A stretch of 64,000 nucleotides of DNA from Candidatus Binatia bacterium (GTDB lineage Bacteria > Desulfobacterota > Binatia > UBA9968 > JAJDTQ01): the NCBI GenBank assembly GCA_963666515.2, contig OY762897.2:4288001-4352000 (forward strand), given 5' to 3'. The notes under the pieces were generated by a model, which was not told the origin of the DNA, did not search any database, and was given only the letters and a program-made list of their open reading frames with translations. The first letter of the stretch is position 1, and every line of letters starts with the position of its first letter. Positions 47,079 through 56,790 of this stretch are shown here, one piece after another. The position numbers and the translations under genes are program-made.

Positions 47079-48571
47079 TACCGCTCCAGGGGCCGGAAAT
47101 CCGCCTGCGCGCGCTGCTCGACCGCGTCACCGCGGGCGAGAGGGTCCACCGCCGGCCCCGCCTCCGTCCGTCGCTGGTGGACAAGGTGCTGCGGGACCCG
47201 TTCTGGGTCTGGTGCCAGTACCACGCGCCCAAGGCAGAGGCGGTGAACGAAATCGGCCGCTACGAGCAGATGCGCTACCGCCGCGGCGTCGAGCACGAGG
47301 ACGCCTGGGTGGCTGCGCACTATCCCGACGCCCTGGCCATCAGGCCCGACTTCGGCCACGAGGCTCTCGTCCGTACCCTCCGCGCCATGCTCGACGGCGT
47401 TCCCGCCATCCACCAGCCACAACTCTGGGACCTGGGCCGCGACGTCTACGGCCGCGGCGACCTGCTGGTGCGCGACGACAGCCACGGCTCGGACCTGGGC
47501 CCCTACCACTACCGGGTCATCGAGATAAAGCGGGCGCGCAGGCTCAGGGACGGGTACGCGCTCCAGGCGGCCTTGTACAACCGCACCGTGGGCGCCATCC
47601 AGGGCTACACGCCGAGCCACGTGACCGTGGCGTTGCGGCACGAGGTCCAACCGGTGGACGTCGCCGGGCTCGGGAAACAGATGGACGACGTGGTAGCGTG
47701 CTGGGCCCGGCTGCGGGACGGCGCCGTGGAGCAGCCCGAGACCCGACGGCCGCCCGAGGTCACCGACTCGCCCTGGCGGGTGTACGGCAACAAGCTCGTG
47801 CACGAGCGCCGTGACCTGGTTCTGCTGGCCGGAGTCCGAGCGCCGGAGCGGGCGAAGCTCAGAGCCGCGGGCATCCGCCGCGTGGACGATTTGTGGAGCC
47901 GCTCACTCGAAGAGATCAACGATATCCTGGGTCCGCACCACGGCGCCACCGCCTGCAACGTGGCGCAGAGCTACAGGACCGGACAGCACGTCCCAAGGCC
48001 GGGCTGCGAGCTGCGCATCCCCCGGGCCAAACGGCTCTTGTACTTCGACTTCGAGACCTCCGACGACATGCATCCCGCCATGCCGCCCCACGTCTACCTC
48101 ATCGGCTGCTGGGACGGTTCCCGCGACCAGTTCGTCAGGTTCCTCGCCCGCGGCCCCGAGGACGAAATGGAGATATTCGAGGGGTTCCTCGACTACGTGG
48201 GGGACGATATCGAAGCCGTGCGCCTGTACCACTGGACCGACTACGAGGTCTGGCAGATGAAGGCCGTCATGCGCCGCTGGCCGCGGCTGGAGTGGCGGCT
48301 GGCGCGGCTCATGGGCTCCTGTGTCGACCTGAAGCAGTGCATCCAGGACGCCGTCTACCTGCCGGTGCCCAGCTTCTCCATCAAGAGCGTCGCCCCGGCC
48401 CTGGGCTTCCACTGGCGGCAGCAGGGATTCGGCGCCTACGACGCGTTGCTCTGCTACTGGGACTCCCTCGAAACCGGCGACCGCTCCCTGGCCGAAAAGG
48501 CCGTCCGCTACAACGAGGACGACTGCCTCGCCATGTGGCACGTAGATCAGAGGCTCACCGGGGGCGCATAA
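47018..48571 (+). CDS. TM0106-family RecB-like nuclease with C-terminal RNase H-like domain
   Basis: GRGDLLVR...VIEIK (PD-(D/E)xK), YFDFET, SIKSVAP, YNEDDC; start uncertain. Confidence 0.8.
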   Translation: MNRRPGRSRSRKGGLRIQLTLPLQGPEIRLRALLDRVTAGERVHRRPRLRPSLVDKVLRDPFWVWCQYHAPKAEAVNEIGRYEQMRYRRGVEHEDAWVAAHYPDALAIRPDFGHEALVRTLRAMLDGVPAIHQPQLWDLGRDVYGRGDLLVRDDSHGSDLGPYHYRVIEIKRARRLRDGYALQAALYNRTVGAIQGYTPSHVTVALRHEVQPVDVAGLGKQMDDVVACWARLRDGAVEQPETRRPPEVTDSPWRVYGNKLVHERRDLVLLAGVRAPERAKLRAAGIRRVDDLWSRSLEEINDILGPHHGATACNVAQSYRTGQHVPRPGCELRIPRAKRLLYFDFETSDDMHPAMPPHVYLIGCWDGSRDQFVRFLARGPEDEMEIFEGFLDYVGDDIEAVRLYHWTDYEVWQMKAVMRRWPRLEWRLARLMGSCVDLKQCIQDAVYLPVPSFSIKSVAPALGFHWRQQGFGAYDALLCYWDSLETGDRSLAEKAVRYNEDDCLAMWHVDQRLTGGA

Positions 48572-48580
48572 CCGAAACGT

Positions 48581-48765
48581 CTGGACCCCGGATCAAGTCC
48601 GGGGTGACGGATTCGCGGATCAGGCCCGGGGTGACCGATTCACGAGTCCAGCCCGGGTGACGGATGAGGGTAAGGTCACCCCGGTCCCCCATAACGTCAC
48701 CCTGGTCCCCTATAACCTCACCCCGGTCCCCCATAACGTCACCCCGGACTTGATCCGGGGTCCAG
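48581..48765. repeat. REPIN-like composite: perfect 28-bp inverted REP pair enclosing decayed REPs and three 21-bp tandem units
   Basis: ctggaccccggatcaagtccggggtgac at 48581-48608 and its reverse complement at 48738-48765; gtcaccccggtcccccataac-like units at 48675-48737. Confidence 0.85.
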
Positions 48766-48784
48766 GAAGGGTGGGCCGGCGGGG

Positions 48785-49384
48785 CTATCCCTTCCTGGCA
48801 ATCATCCGGGCCTCGTCCAGGTCCCGGCCGCCCGTCCGCCGCAGGATCGCCGCCTCGTACCCGTCCATGAGCGGCGTGACGATGCCGCTTTGCTTCGCGT
48901 CCATGAGGTAGCGGATCCCGTCCCTCCCCGTGGCGCCCGATGGCGCCCTGGCGCTCGCGATAGCCAGACGCGCCAGCAGTTCGGGCGTCGGCTCCTCGAT
49001 GTTCGCCCGCAACGCCGCGTGGAACACCACGTCCAGCCCGGCGAAGCCGTCCAACCGCCCCAGGAAGGCGCTGTCCGGATCGGACGGGTCCACGTCCGCG
49101 TAGCGGTCGCCGCTGCCCACCCGGTTCCGTTCCCGCCGGTAGAGCATGTCCTGGGCCGCGGTCTCGGAAACCGAATCGTCCAGCACCAGCACCACCCCGG
49201 CGACCCGCGCTCCGCCCCGCTCCACCGGCACCAGCGTCGGCGCCCGGTCGCGCACGCGGCTGCTGCGGGAGAACTCCACCCGGAACGGCGTCTCCACGCC
49301 GCCGATGCGGCGCACCGTCACCGGCCCGATCTCCGCCCCCGGATTGGGTATCAACGAACCATACGCGAGAATGCCGATGGTCAT
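48785..49384 (-). CDS. Gamma-glutamylcyclotransferase/ChaC-like protein
   Basis: N-terminal ILAYGSL, APTLVP, RRE, GIRYL. Confidence 0.55.
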   Translation of the reverse strand: MTIGILAYGSLIPNPGAEIGPVTVRRIGGVETPFRVEFSRSSRVRDRAPTLVPVERGGARVAGVVLVLDDSVSETAAQDMLYRRERNRVGSGDRYADVDPSDPDSAFLGRLDGFAGLDVVFHAALRANIEEPTPELLARLAIASARAPSGATGRDGIRYLMDAKQSGIVTPLMDGYEAAILRRTGGRDLDEARMIARKG

Positions 49385-49492
49385 GAGGGTTCATTCTCGC
49401 AGTGCGCCCGTGGCGCTGCAAGGTCGGATTTCGCTCGACGTAAGGAGAGCCGAAGCCGGGAATTCTTGGAAATACGGAGTCTCAACTACTGA

Positions 49493-49518
49493 AATTCAGG
49501 AGTCTGACTTCCTGAATT
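49493..49518. promoter_or_regulatory. Inverted repeat upstream of the XRE-IrrE gene, putative operator
   Basis: aattcagga-N8-tcctgaatt. Confidence 0.5.
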
Positions 49519-49582
49519 GTCGAAACACAGTGGAGTCCATTCTTGCATTCCGCAATATGCAAGGCTATACAGAAAGCCAACC

Positions 49583-50689
49583 ATGACTGCACATCAAATC
49601 GGTTCCAGAATAAAGGCCCTGCGCGAAGACCGTAACCTCTCTCAGGAGGGTCTCGCCCGTTTGCTTGGGTTCAAAGACCGGCAGACCATTTCGGCCATCG
49701 AGACCGGCATACGGCGCGTGACCGCGAAAGAACTCCTGCTTGCGGTCGAGAAGCTCGACGCGCCCCTGGAATACTTCACGGATCCTTTTCTACTGGCCGG
49801 CGAGGGACGGTTTTCGTGGAGACAGTCGGGTGTCGAGGCGGGACAACTCGCGGAGTATGAACGTGGCGCCGGGCGTTGGATCGCCGCGTTCCGGGTGCTG
49901 GCTTCGCAAGTCGGACGGCACGCCCCGCTGTTGCGCCGAGCGCTGGGCCTCACCCGCCATTCCCGTTTCGAGGACGCGATGCAGGCTGGCGAACGGTTCG
50001 TCAGCGAATTGGCGTTGGGTCCCGTGCCGGCGTTGCGTTTGGCAGAGGTCATGGAAAGAGAGCTCGGCATTCTCGTTCTCATGGTCGATGCCTCGGAGGG
50101 GATTTCAGGCGCAGCCTGCCGTTTACCGGAGTTGGACGCGGTTCTGATCGCGCGCCGCGAAGTGCCCGGGCGTCGGCACTTCGACTTGGCCCACGAGTTG
50201 TTCCACATCCTCACATGGGACGCCATGCCACCAGACCACGCCGAGGAAGCCCTTGATACCGGCGGCAACCGAGTGGAGCAACTTGCCAACAACTTCGCGG
50301 CTGCGGTGCTCATGCCGGCACACTCGTTGGCACCGTTCGGCAACTGGTCGGACTTGGCCGAGGCAGATATGATCCAGCGCTTGAACTCCGTAGCCGACGA
50401 ACTCCACGTGACCTCCTCTGCCTTGAGATGGCGGCTCGTCGCTCTTGGGGAGTTGACGGCGGCGGTGGCGCGTTCATTGCCGGAGCCGGCATTGCGGAAC
50501 AACGGGCATGAGGCGGTGAACACGCCGGCGCCGCCTTTGTTCTCGAAACCGTTTGTGGAGGTGCTCGCTCTCGCCATTGACGAGGGCTTGGTTTCGGTGC
50601 GGCGCGCGGCCGCTCTTCTTGATACGACTGTCGAGGACCTTGGCGATCTTTTCCGGATGCACGAGGTCGAAAGTCCGGTCGAGTTGTGA
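49583..50689 (+). CDS. XRE-HTH plus ImmA/IrrE metallopeptidase
   Basis: LSQEGLARLLG...ISAIETG; FDLAHELFH (HExxH); EQLANNFAAAVLMP. Confidence 0.9.
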   Translation: MTAHQIGSRIKALREDRNLSQEGLARLLGFKDRQTISAIETGIRRVTAKELLLAVEKLDAPLEYFTDPFLLAGEGRFSWRQSGVEAGQLAEYERGAGRWIAAFRVLASQVGRHAPLLRRALGLTRHSRFEDAMQAGERFVSELALGPVPALRLAEVMERELGILVLMVDASEGISGAACRLPELDAVLIARREVPGRRHFDLAHELFHILTWDAMPPDHAEEALDTGGNRVEQLANNFAAAVLMPAHSLAPFGNWSDLAEADMIQRLNSVADELHVTSSALRWRLVALGELTAAVARSLPEPALRNNGHEAVNTPAPPLFSKPFVEVLALAIDEGLVSVRRAAALLDTTVEDLGDLFRMHEVESPVEL

Positions 50690-50695
50690 GGTGCC

Positions 50696-51211
50696 ATGGC
50701 GCGACACTCGGGTCCCGTGCTCGTCGACACCAATGTCATCCTGGAAGCACACCGGGTAGACGCATGGCGTGCGCTTACTGGCGGTTATCGCGTGGAAACT
50801 GTCGAAGATTGCGTGACCGAAACGCAGACCGGATTCCAGAAACGTCGTCCGGAGCAGCAGATTGACGAGAGGAGACTACGCTCCTCTCTCACCGCAGTCC
50901 ATTCCGTCGGAAACCGCGAGCGCGCCGAGTTGGCGGTCCAAGCGGGCGACATAGCGTTGGACACCGGCGAGGCGGCGCTCTGGGCGCACGCTCTCTACCG
51001 GGAGGACGCCTGGGTCCTGTGCGGACCGGACAAGGCCAGTCTTCGTTGTGGCGTTCACCTTGGGTTTCGCGAGCGGCTGGTGTCGTTGCAACAGCTTCTT
51101 GAGGAAGTCGGCCACCGTCCAAAATCGTCGCTGCGGACGGCCTACACCCGACAGTGGCACGAAAGGACGCTTTCACAGATCGTCCTGGTCGAGCGCCGTG
51201 GAGGCAAATAG
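50696..51211 (+). CDS. PIN-like protein
   Basis: VLVDTNVIL, LDTGEAAL, DKA; 6 bp after the IrrE gene. Confidence 0.65.
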   Translation: MARHSGPVLVDTNVILEAHRVDAWRALTGGYRVETVEDCVTETQTGFQKRRPEQQIDERRLRSSLTAVHSVGNRERAELAVQAGDIALDTGEAALWAHALYREDAWVLCGPDKASLRCGVHLGFRERLVSLQQLLEEVGHRPKSSLRTAYTRQWHERTLSQIVLVERRGGK

Positions 51212-51415
51212 TGATATGCAAAGTGTCCCTACCCGACGAAACAGCGTCGGCTCGATAACACGCACTCGGAGAAGGTGCACGGCCGACGACGAAACCAATG
51301 TCCCTTGCATCTTGCTTTGTAGTTGAGCTATACAGTCCAATATCAGGTTTTCTACTCGAGACATGATAATGACTGCAAGTTCTTCTACAAAAAATGGGGA
51401 AAGAGGGTAGGTAGT

Positions 51416-52030
51416 ATGCCTGAAGGAATTGTATATGTCCTGACGAATGAAGCCATGCCGGGATATATTAAGATTGGAAGGACCGGTGAAGATTTACTGA
51501 AGCGGATGCGGGACCTCGATTCCACCGGGATACCTCTACCGTTCGCATGCTTTTTCGCGAAACAAGTAGCTGATGCGGAATTTGTAGAGAAGAAATTGCA
51601 CGAAACGTTCGCCGATGTTCGTGTGAGACACAAGCGCGAGTTCTTCACCATCGACCCTCTACGTGTTCGGTCGGCGATGGACTTGGTTACGGGCCAAGAG
51701 GTCACCCCGAAGGATGACGTAGTTCAAGATGATGACGATGAAAAGTCGTTAGAAAAGGCACGAAAAAGAAAGGCAAACTTTAACTTCGACATGGTCAATA
51801 TCCCGCATAGTTCCGAACTGGTTTTCATTAAAGACCAGCAGGTGACTTGCACCGTCATCGACAACAAGAAGGTACTGTTTGAGGGTGAAGAGACAAGTCT
51901 TTCCGCTGCAGCGCTGACCGCGGCGAGAAAACTGGGTTACAACTGGCCGAGTGTGGCAGGGCCGAATTATTGGACTTACGAGGGTGAAACCCTTGACGAA
52001 CGTAGGCTCCGCATGGAAACAGACGGCTGA
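51416..52030 (+). CDS. GIY-YIG (T5orf172-type) nuclease with RAMA-like C-terminus
   Basis: GIVYVLTNEAMPGYIKIGRT, STGIPLPF, EKKLH, REFF; SLSAAA...GPNYW. Confidence 0.8.
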   Translation: MPEGIVYVLTNEAMPGYIKIGRTGEDLLKRMRDLDSTGIPLPFACFFAKQVADAEFVEKKLHETFADVRVRHKREFFTIDPLRVRSAMDLVTGQEVTPKDDVVQDDDDEKSLEKARKRKANFNFDMVNIPHSSELVFIKDQQVTCTVIDNKKVLFEGEETSLSAAALTAARKLGYNWPSVAGPNYWTYEGETLDERRLRMETDG

Positions 52031-52182
52031 CGAACGACACAAGAATTTTGCTGAGTGGTTGCGAAGATATCTTGACAACAGGCGGCTGGCCCGGAGATTT
52101 CATACCCCCTTGGTCTCGATGCCAAGGCGATGGCTGTCCGATGGTTTCTCTTTGTGCCATCTTCCCATTCTGCACAAACCTC

Positions 52183-52206
52183 TGAACCGTTCCGGGTTTA
52201 CCGGAG
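52183..52206 (+). mobile_element. Orphan IS3-family terminal inverted repeat
   Basis: tgaaccgttccgggtttaccggag, 22/24 identical to 33726. Confidence 0.5.
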
Positions 52207-52510
52207 ATGCCCAGCGGGCTGATCCTCATCAATGCGCTGTTGACTTGGCTATTCGGATTGGGGCGCGCCGCGAGGCCGCTGTAGACCGTACTGCCGCAAT
52301 CGAAGGGGTCCGAGTCGAGCCAAGTGGGATAGGCCGTTCTGGCCTCCTGGGGATCGTATCGGCCATGGTTGACGATCATTCGGGCGAGCGACAGCGCCAT
52401 CTCCGAGTCGTCCGTCGGTTGACCGGGATGGTTTCCCAGGTGCCGCCGTTCGCCAACTCTCGGACGTCATGGGGTATCCTGAGTCACTCGACCCGTCCGG
52501 CCTGACTGAC
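52205..52510 (-). pseudogene. ADP-ribosylglycohydrolase fragment
   Basis: GGTW...GQPTDDSEMAL...NSALMRISPLGI, cut at the IS end; no start region. Confidence 0.75.
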
Positions 52511-52671
52511 ACAAACCGTACGGCGCCCCCTGTAGGTTGTATTCGATTCCCGACGAAGAAAGTCTACCAATTGGACTGATTTCCCTGCTTCACCCGCCAC
52601 CGCACTTGGGTTTAAGTTGACCCGCTTCCTGTCAAAGGTTGCAATCAGTAGCCTATGCGCTACCATACGGT

Positions 52672-53004
52672 ATGGGTGAAGCACGTCCCCGACAGGTTGT
52701 GGCGTATGTGACGAGGGATGGGATCACCCCGTTTGCGGATTGGCTGCGGAGCCTCGGGGACCGAAAGGCGCGAAACGGTATTCGGGTCAGGATTGCACGG
52801 CTTCGTTTGGGCAATCTCGGTGATTACAAGCCTGTGGGCGGCGGCGTGTTGGAACTGCGTGTGGATGTTGGACCGGGTTATCGGGTGTACGTTGGACGGG
52901 ATGGACCCCGTTTCATCCTCTTGCTGTCTGGCGGAACGAAGAAAACTCAGACGGAAGATATAAGAAAGGCTCAGGAGTATTGGGCTGACTACCTCGGAGG
53001 GTAG
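52672..53004 (+). CDS. RelE/ParE-family addiction module toxin (HI1419-like)
   Basis: GNLGDYKPVGGGVLELRVDVGPGYRVY, LLLSGGTKKTQ. Confidence 0.9.
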   Translation: MGEARPRQVVAYVTRDGITPFADWLRSLGDRKARNGIRVRIARLRLGNLGDYKPVGGGVLELRVDVGPGYRVYVGRDGPRFILLLSGGTKKTQTEDIRKAQEYWADYLGG

Positions 53005-53008
53005 GCGT

Positions 53009-53350
53009 ATGGCGAGACGAACGGTTCCTTACGAAGACATCCTCCATCGGGACCTCCAGGACCCCGAGGAAGCGGCGGCCTATCTGACCGCTGCTCTTGA
53101 AGACAGGTCCGAGAACGGATCGGATGTGTTCCTGCTGGCCCTGCGCGATGTTGCGAAAGCTCGTGGAATCAGGCAACTCGCTAAGGATACCCACTTGAGC
53201 CGTGAGAGCCTTTACCGGACGCTTTCGCGGAAGGGCAATCCCCGGTTCTCCACTCTTGACGCCGTGCTGGAAAGCTTGGGGCTGAAGCTGTCGGTGGAGG
53301 TCATAGCGAATGCCAAGGTTCCGCCGGGCAGAGCCGGTACGGCGCTGTGA
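53009..53350 (+). CDS. Addiction module antidote, HTH (HI1420-like)
   Basis: AAYLTAAL, ALRDVAKARG, LSRESLYRTLSRKGNPRFST. Confidence 0.9.
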   Translation: MARRTVPYEDILHRDLQDPEEAAAYLTAALEDRSENGSDVFLLALRDVAKARGIRQLAKDTHLSRESLYRTLSRKGNPRFSTLDAVLESLGLKLSVEVIANAKVPPGRAGTAL

Positions 53351-53434
53351 AATGGCGTGAATTGTCAACGACGGCCGTAGAGGCTATAAATCCCGCCATT
53401 CCCGGCCCGTGCTTTGCCGGGGCTCCGATCCGCC

Positions 53435-54292
53435 ATGACCATTCCCGCTTTCGACCTGCTGAAACCCGGCTCCGTGGCTGAAGCCAGCGAGATGCTGCTT
53501 GAGCACGGCGACGAGGCGCGGCCCATTGCCGGGGGCACCACGCTGGTGATCCTGATGAAGCAGCGGGCGCTACGCTTCTCGCACCTGGTGGACCTGCAGT
53601 CGATTCCGGGACTCGAACGAATCACGGACAACGACGACGGGCTGAGCATCGGGGCGCTGGCCACCCACCGCTCGGTGGAGCGCTCGCCGCTGGTGCAGCG
53701 GCGGGCGCCTGCCCTGGCCCAGGCGTTCAGCCACGTGGGCAACGTGCGCATCCGGGAAACGGCGTCGGTGGGCGGCAACCTGGCGCACGCGGACTACCGG
53801 CTGGACCCGCCGCCGGCGCTGCTGGTTCACGGCGCGGAGGTGGTGCTGGCGAGAGCCGGGGGCACCCGCGTGGTGGCGTTGAAGGACTTCTATCGCGGCA
53901 TGTACGAGACGGCGCTGGAGCCGGGAGAAATCCTGGTGGAGGTGCGGGTGCCGCATGTGGCCCCGGCGGCCCGGACGGTTTACTCCCGGTTCAGCTCGCT
54001 CTCGGCCAACGACTGGCCGTGTATCGGGGTCGCGGCGCTTCTGTCCCTGGACGGTGGAAGTGTCGGTGAGCTTGCACTAGGTCTCAGCGGCGTGGCGGAA
54101 GCGCCGCTTCTGGCCGCGGGTCTGGACCGGTTCCAGGGCGAACGCTGCTCCGAGGAACTCTGGGACGCGGTGTGCGACGCCGTCGACGAACAGATATCTC
54201 CGGTGTCGGACCTGCGCGGCAGCGCGGACTACAAGCGGGAGATGACCCGGGTGTGGGTCAGGCGGACGCTCGGGGAGCTGGCGTCTTCGTGA
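53435..54292 (+). CDS. Xanthine dehydrogenase family FAD-binding (medium) subunit
   Basis: IAGGTTL, SIGALAT, SVGGNLAHAD, DLRGSADYK. Confidence 0.9.
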   Translation: MTIPAFDLLKPGSVAEASEMLLEHGDEARPIAGGTTLVILMKQRALRFSHLVDLQSIPGLERITDNDDGLSIGALATHRSVERSPLVQRRAPALAQAFSHVGNVRIRETASVGGNLAHADYRLDPPPALLVHGAEVVLARAGGTRVVALKDFYRGMYETALEPGEILVEVRVPHVAPAARTVYSRFSSLSANDWPCIGVAALLSLDGGSVGELALGLSGVAEAPLLAAGLDRFQGERCSEELWDAVCDAVDEQISPVSDLRGSADYKREMTRVWVRRTLGELASS

Positions 54293-54301
54293 GGTGAATC
54301 C

Positions 54302-56635
54302 GTGGCGGATTATTCCATCGTCGGCAAGCCGGTCGACCGGCGGGACGCCGTCCAGAAGGTGACGGGGCGGGCGCTGCACGTGGGCAACATGGAGCCGCCC
54401 GGGCTGCTGCACGTGGCGGTGCTCAGGAGCCCGCATCCGCACGCGCGTATCGTCCGCATCGACAAGTCCCGGGCCGAGGCCCAACCCGGCGTGGCCGCGG
54501 TGCTCACGGGCGCGGACATCGCCGCCATGCCGGGCATCACGCCCTACCACGGGCCGGCGTTCGCGGACCAGCCGGTGCTGGCCATCGACCGGGTGCGGCA
54601 CGAGGGCGAGCAGGTGGTGGCGGTGGCCGCGGAGAGCCGGCGCGCCGCGGAGGAGGCGCTGGAATCGGTGGAAGTGGCGTACGAGACCTTGCCGGTGGTG
54701 CTGGACGTGCTCGACGCCATCAGGCCGGACGCGCCCATCGTCCACGACGAGATACGGCCTTCCGGGGCTTTCGCGGACCTGGCCCACGTCAAGGCCGGCG
54801 ACCGTTCCAACATCTGCTACCACTACAAGCTCCGCAAGGGCGACGTGGACAAGGCGTTCGCCGAGGCGGACCGCATCTTCGAGGACGTGTTTACGGCGCC
54901 GCCGGCCCAGCACGTGCCCATGGAGCCGCACGTGTCGCTGGCCTATGTGGACGAGAGCGGACGCATCAACATCCACACCGCCAGCCAGTCGCCGTCCTTC
55001 GTCCGCGGCGAGCTGGCGCGCATGCTGGGCGTGCCCATGAACCGCATCCGGGTGCGGGTGCCCTACCTGGGCGGCGGCTACGGCGCCAAGCTCTACAACA
55101 AGCTCGAGCCCATCGTGGCGATACTGGCCATGAAGACCGGCCGGCCGGTGAAGTACAGCCTGAGCCGCGAGGAGGAGTTCCAGACCGTCACCAAGCACGG
55201 CGTGGTAGTGAAGCTCAAGACCGCGGTCAGGGGCTCGGCCATGACCGCGCGCAAGTGCGAGGTCTACTGGGACACCGGCGCCTTCGCCGAGATCGGCCCG
55301 CGCATCGTGCACAAGTCGGGCTACACGTCCTCCGGCCCGTACAAGATCCCCAACGTCTCCATCGACTCCTACTGCGTCTACACCAACAAGCCGCCGGCCG
55401 GGCCGTTCCGGGGCTTCGGCGTGCCCCAGGTGATCTGGGCCTACGACTCGCAGATGGACATCGTGGCCCGGGGCCTGGGCGTGGACCCGGTGGAGTTCCG
55501 CCTGGAGCACGCGCTGGAGGAAGGGGACCTGTTCGTCACCGGGACGCCGATTCACGCTTGCGGCCTCAAGGAAGCGGTGCAGCGCGCCGCTGACGCCGTG
55601 GAGTGGGACAAGCCCAAGGAACCCGCTTCGGGAACGAAGCGCCGCGGCAAAGGCATCGCCTGCGGCGTGAAGGCCGTGCTCACCCCCTCCATCTCCGGCG
55701 CCATCGTCATCCTCAACGCCGACGGCAGCGCCAACGTGCTGAGCAGCACGGTGGAGATGGGCCAGGGCTCCGAGAGCCTGCTGGCGCAGATCGCGGCCGA
55801 GGAGCTGGGGATATCCTTCGACAAGGTCCACGTGGTCCAGCCCGACACCGACGTCACCCCCTACGACACCATCAGCGCGGGCAGCCGCTCCACTTACCAC
55901 ATGGGCAACGCCGTGCGCACGGCCGCGGCCAACGTCAAGGCGGAGCTGTTCGAGGCCGTAGCGGGCAAGCTGGAGATCGACGCCGCCGACCTGGAAGCGT
56001 GCGACGGTCGCGTGTTCGTGCGCGGCGCCGAGGAGCGCGGCATGACCGTCACCGAAGCGTTCCTGGCCAGGTTCGGAAGCCTCGGCACCACCATGGTCGG
56101 GGAAGGACTGTGCCAGCCGGTGGTGACGCCCATGGACCCCGAGACCGGCATGTCCGAGAAGTGCACCGAGTACTGGTTCGCCTCGGCCAGCGCGGTGGAA
56201 GTGGAGGTGGACCTGGAGACCGGCCGCCTGGAGGTGCTGCAGTTCCACGCCGCCGGCGACGCCGGCACCGCCATCAACCCCAAGTACTGCGAGCAGCAGC
56301 TCGTGGGCGCGGCTACCATGCACTTGGGCCTGACCTTGTTCGAGCAGATGGTTTTCCAGGACGGACAGCTCCTCAACGGCTCCCTGCTGGACTACCAGAT
56401 CGCCTCCATCAAGGACGTGCCCGCGGCCTGCAACCCCATCGTGGTGCAGGTGCCCCACAAGGACGGCCCCTTCGGCGCCAAGGGCATCGGCGAGACCGGC
56501 GCCCTGACCGTGGCCGCGGCCGTGGCCAACGCGCTGGAGGACGCCGTGGGTGTGCGCGTGCGCGACATTCCGCTGACCGCGGAGCGGATATATGAGGCAC
56601 TCAAGGCGGCGGGGAAGGTGAACGGTAGCGAGTAA
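54302..56635 (+). CDS. Xanthine dehydrogenase family molybdopterin-binding (large) subunit
   Basis: HVPMEPH, LGGGYGAK, GPFRGFGVPQ, EMGQG, AGSRST, AKGIGE. Confidence 0.92.
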   Translation: MADYSIVGKPVDRRDAVQKVTGRALHVGNMEPPGLLHVAVLRSPHPHARIVRIDKSRAEAQPGVAAVLTGADIAAMPGITPYHGPAFADQPVLAIDRVRHEGEQVVAVAAESRRAAEEALESVEVAYETLPVVLDVLDAIRPDAPIVHDEIRPSGAFADLAHVKAGDRSNICYHYKLRKGDVDKAFAEADRIFEDVFTAPPAQHVPMEPHVSLAYVDESGRINIHTASQSPSFVRGELARMLGVPMNRIRVRVPYLGGGYGAKLYNKLEPIVAILAMKTGRPVKYSLSREEEFQTVTKHGVVVKLKTAVRGSAMTARKCEVYWDTGAFAEIGPRIVHKSGYTSSGPYKIPNVSIDSYCVYTNKPPAGPFRGFGVPQVIWAYDSQMDIVARGLGVDPVEFRLEHALEEGDLFVTGTPIHACGLKEAVQRAADAVEWDKPKEPASGTKRRGKGIACGVKAVLTPSISGAIVILNADGSANVLSSTVEMGQGSESLLAQIAAEELGISFDKVHVVQPDTDVTPYDTISAGSRSTYHMGNAVRTAAANVKAELFEAVAGKLEIDAADLEACDGRVFVRGAEERGMTVTEAFLARFGSLGTTMVGEGLCQPVVTPMDPETGMSEKCTEYWFASASAVEVEVDLETGRLEVLQFHAAGDAGTAINPKYCEQQLVGAATMHLGLTLFEQMVFQDGQLLNGSLLDYQIASIKDVPAACNPIVVQVPHKDGPFGAKGIGETGALTVAAAVANALEDAVGVRVRDIPLTAERIYEALKAAGKVNGSE

Positions 56636-56640
56636 CGACT

Positions 56641-56740
56641 CGTCATTCCCGCGAAAGCGGGAATCCAGGGGAGTGGGGCGGGGAAGCTCGGCCATGGCCC
56701 CCTCCACAGCCCCTGGATTCCCGCTTTCGCGGGAATGACG
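56641..56740. repeat. 100-bp REPIN: inverted CGTC-type REP pair
   Basis: cgtcattcccgcgaaagcgggaatccag ...44 bp... ctggattcccgctttcgcgggaatgacg. Confidence 0.88.
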
Positions 56741-56790
56741 TGTTATGGGAAATGCGTGAAGGCCTGACAAGGTTTCACGGAGCCGGGTTT

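Noticed and set aside
48675-48737. CRISPR or iteron array
   Set aside because: Contiguous 21-bp units without spacers, derived from the adjacent REP
54302-56635. Aerobic CO dehydrogenase CoxL
   Set aside because: Active-site loop is PFRGFG, not AYRCSFR (form I) or AYRGAGR (form II); no cox accessory genes
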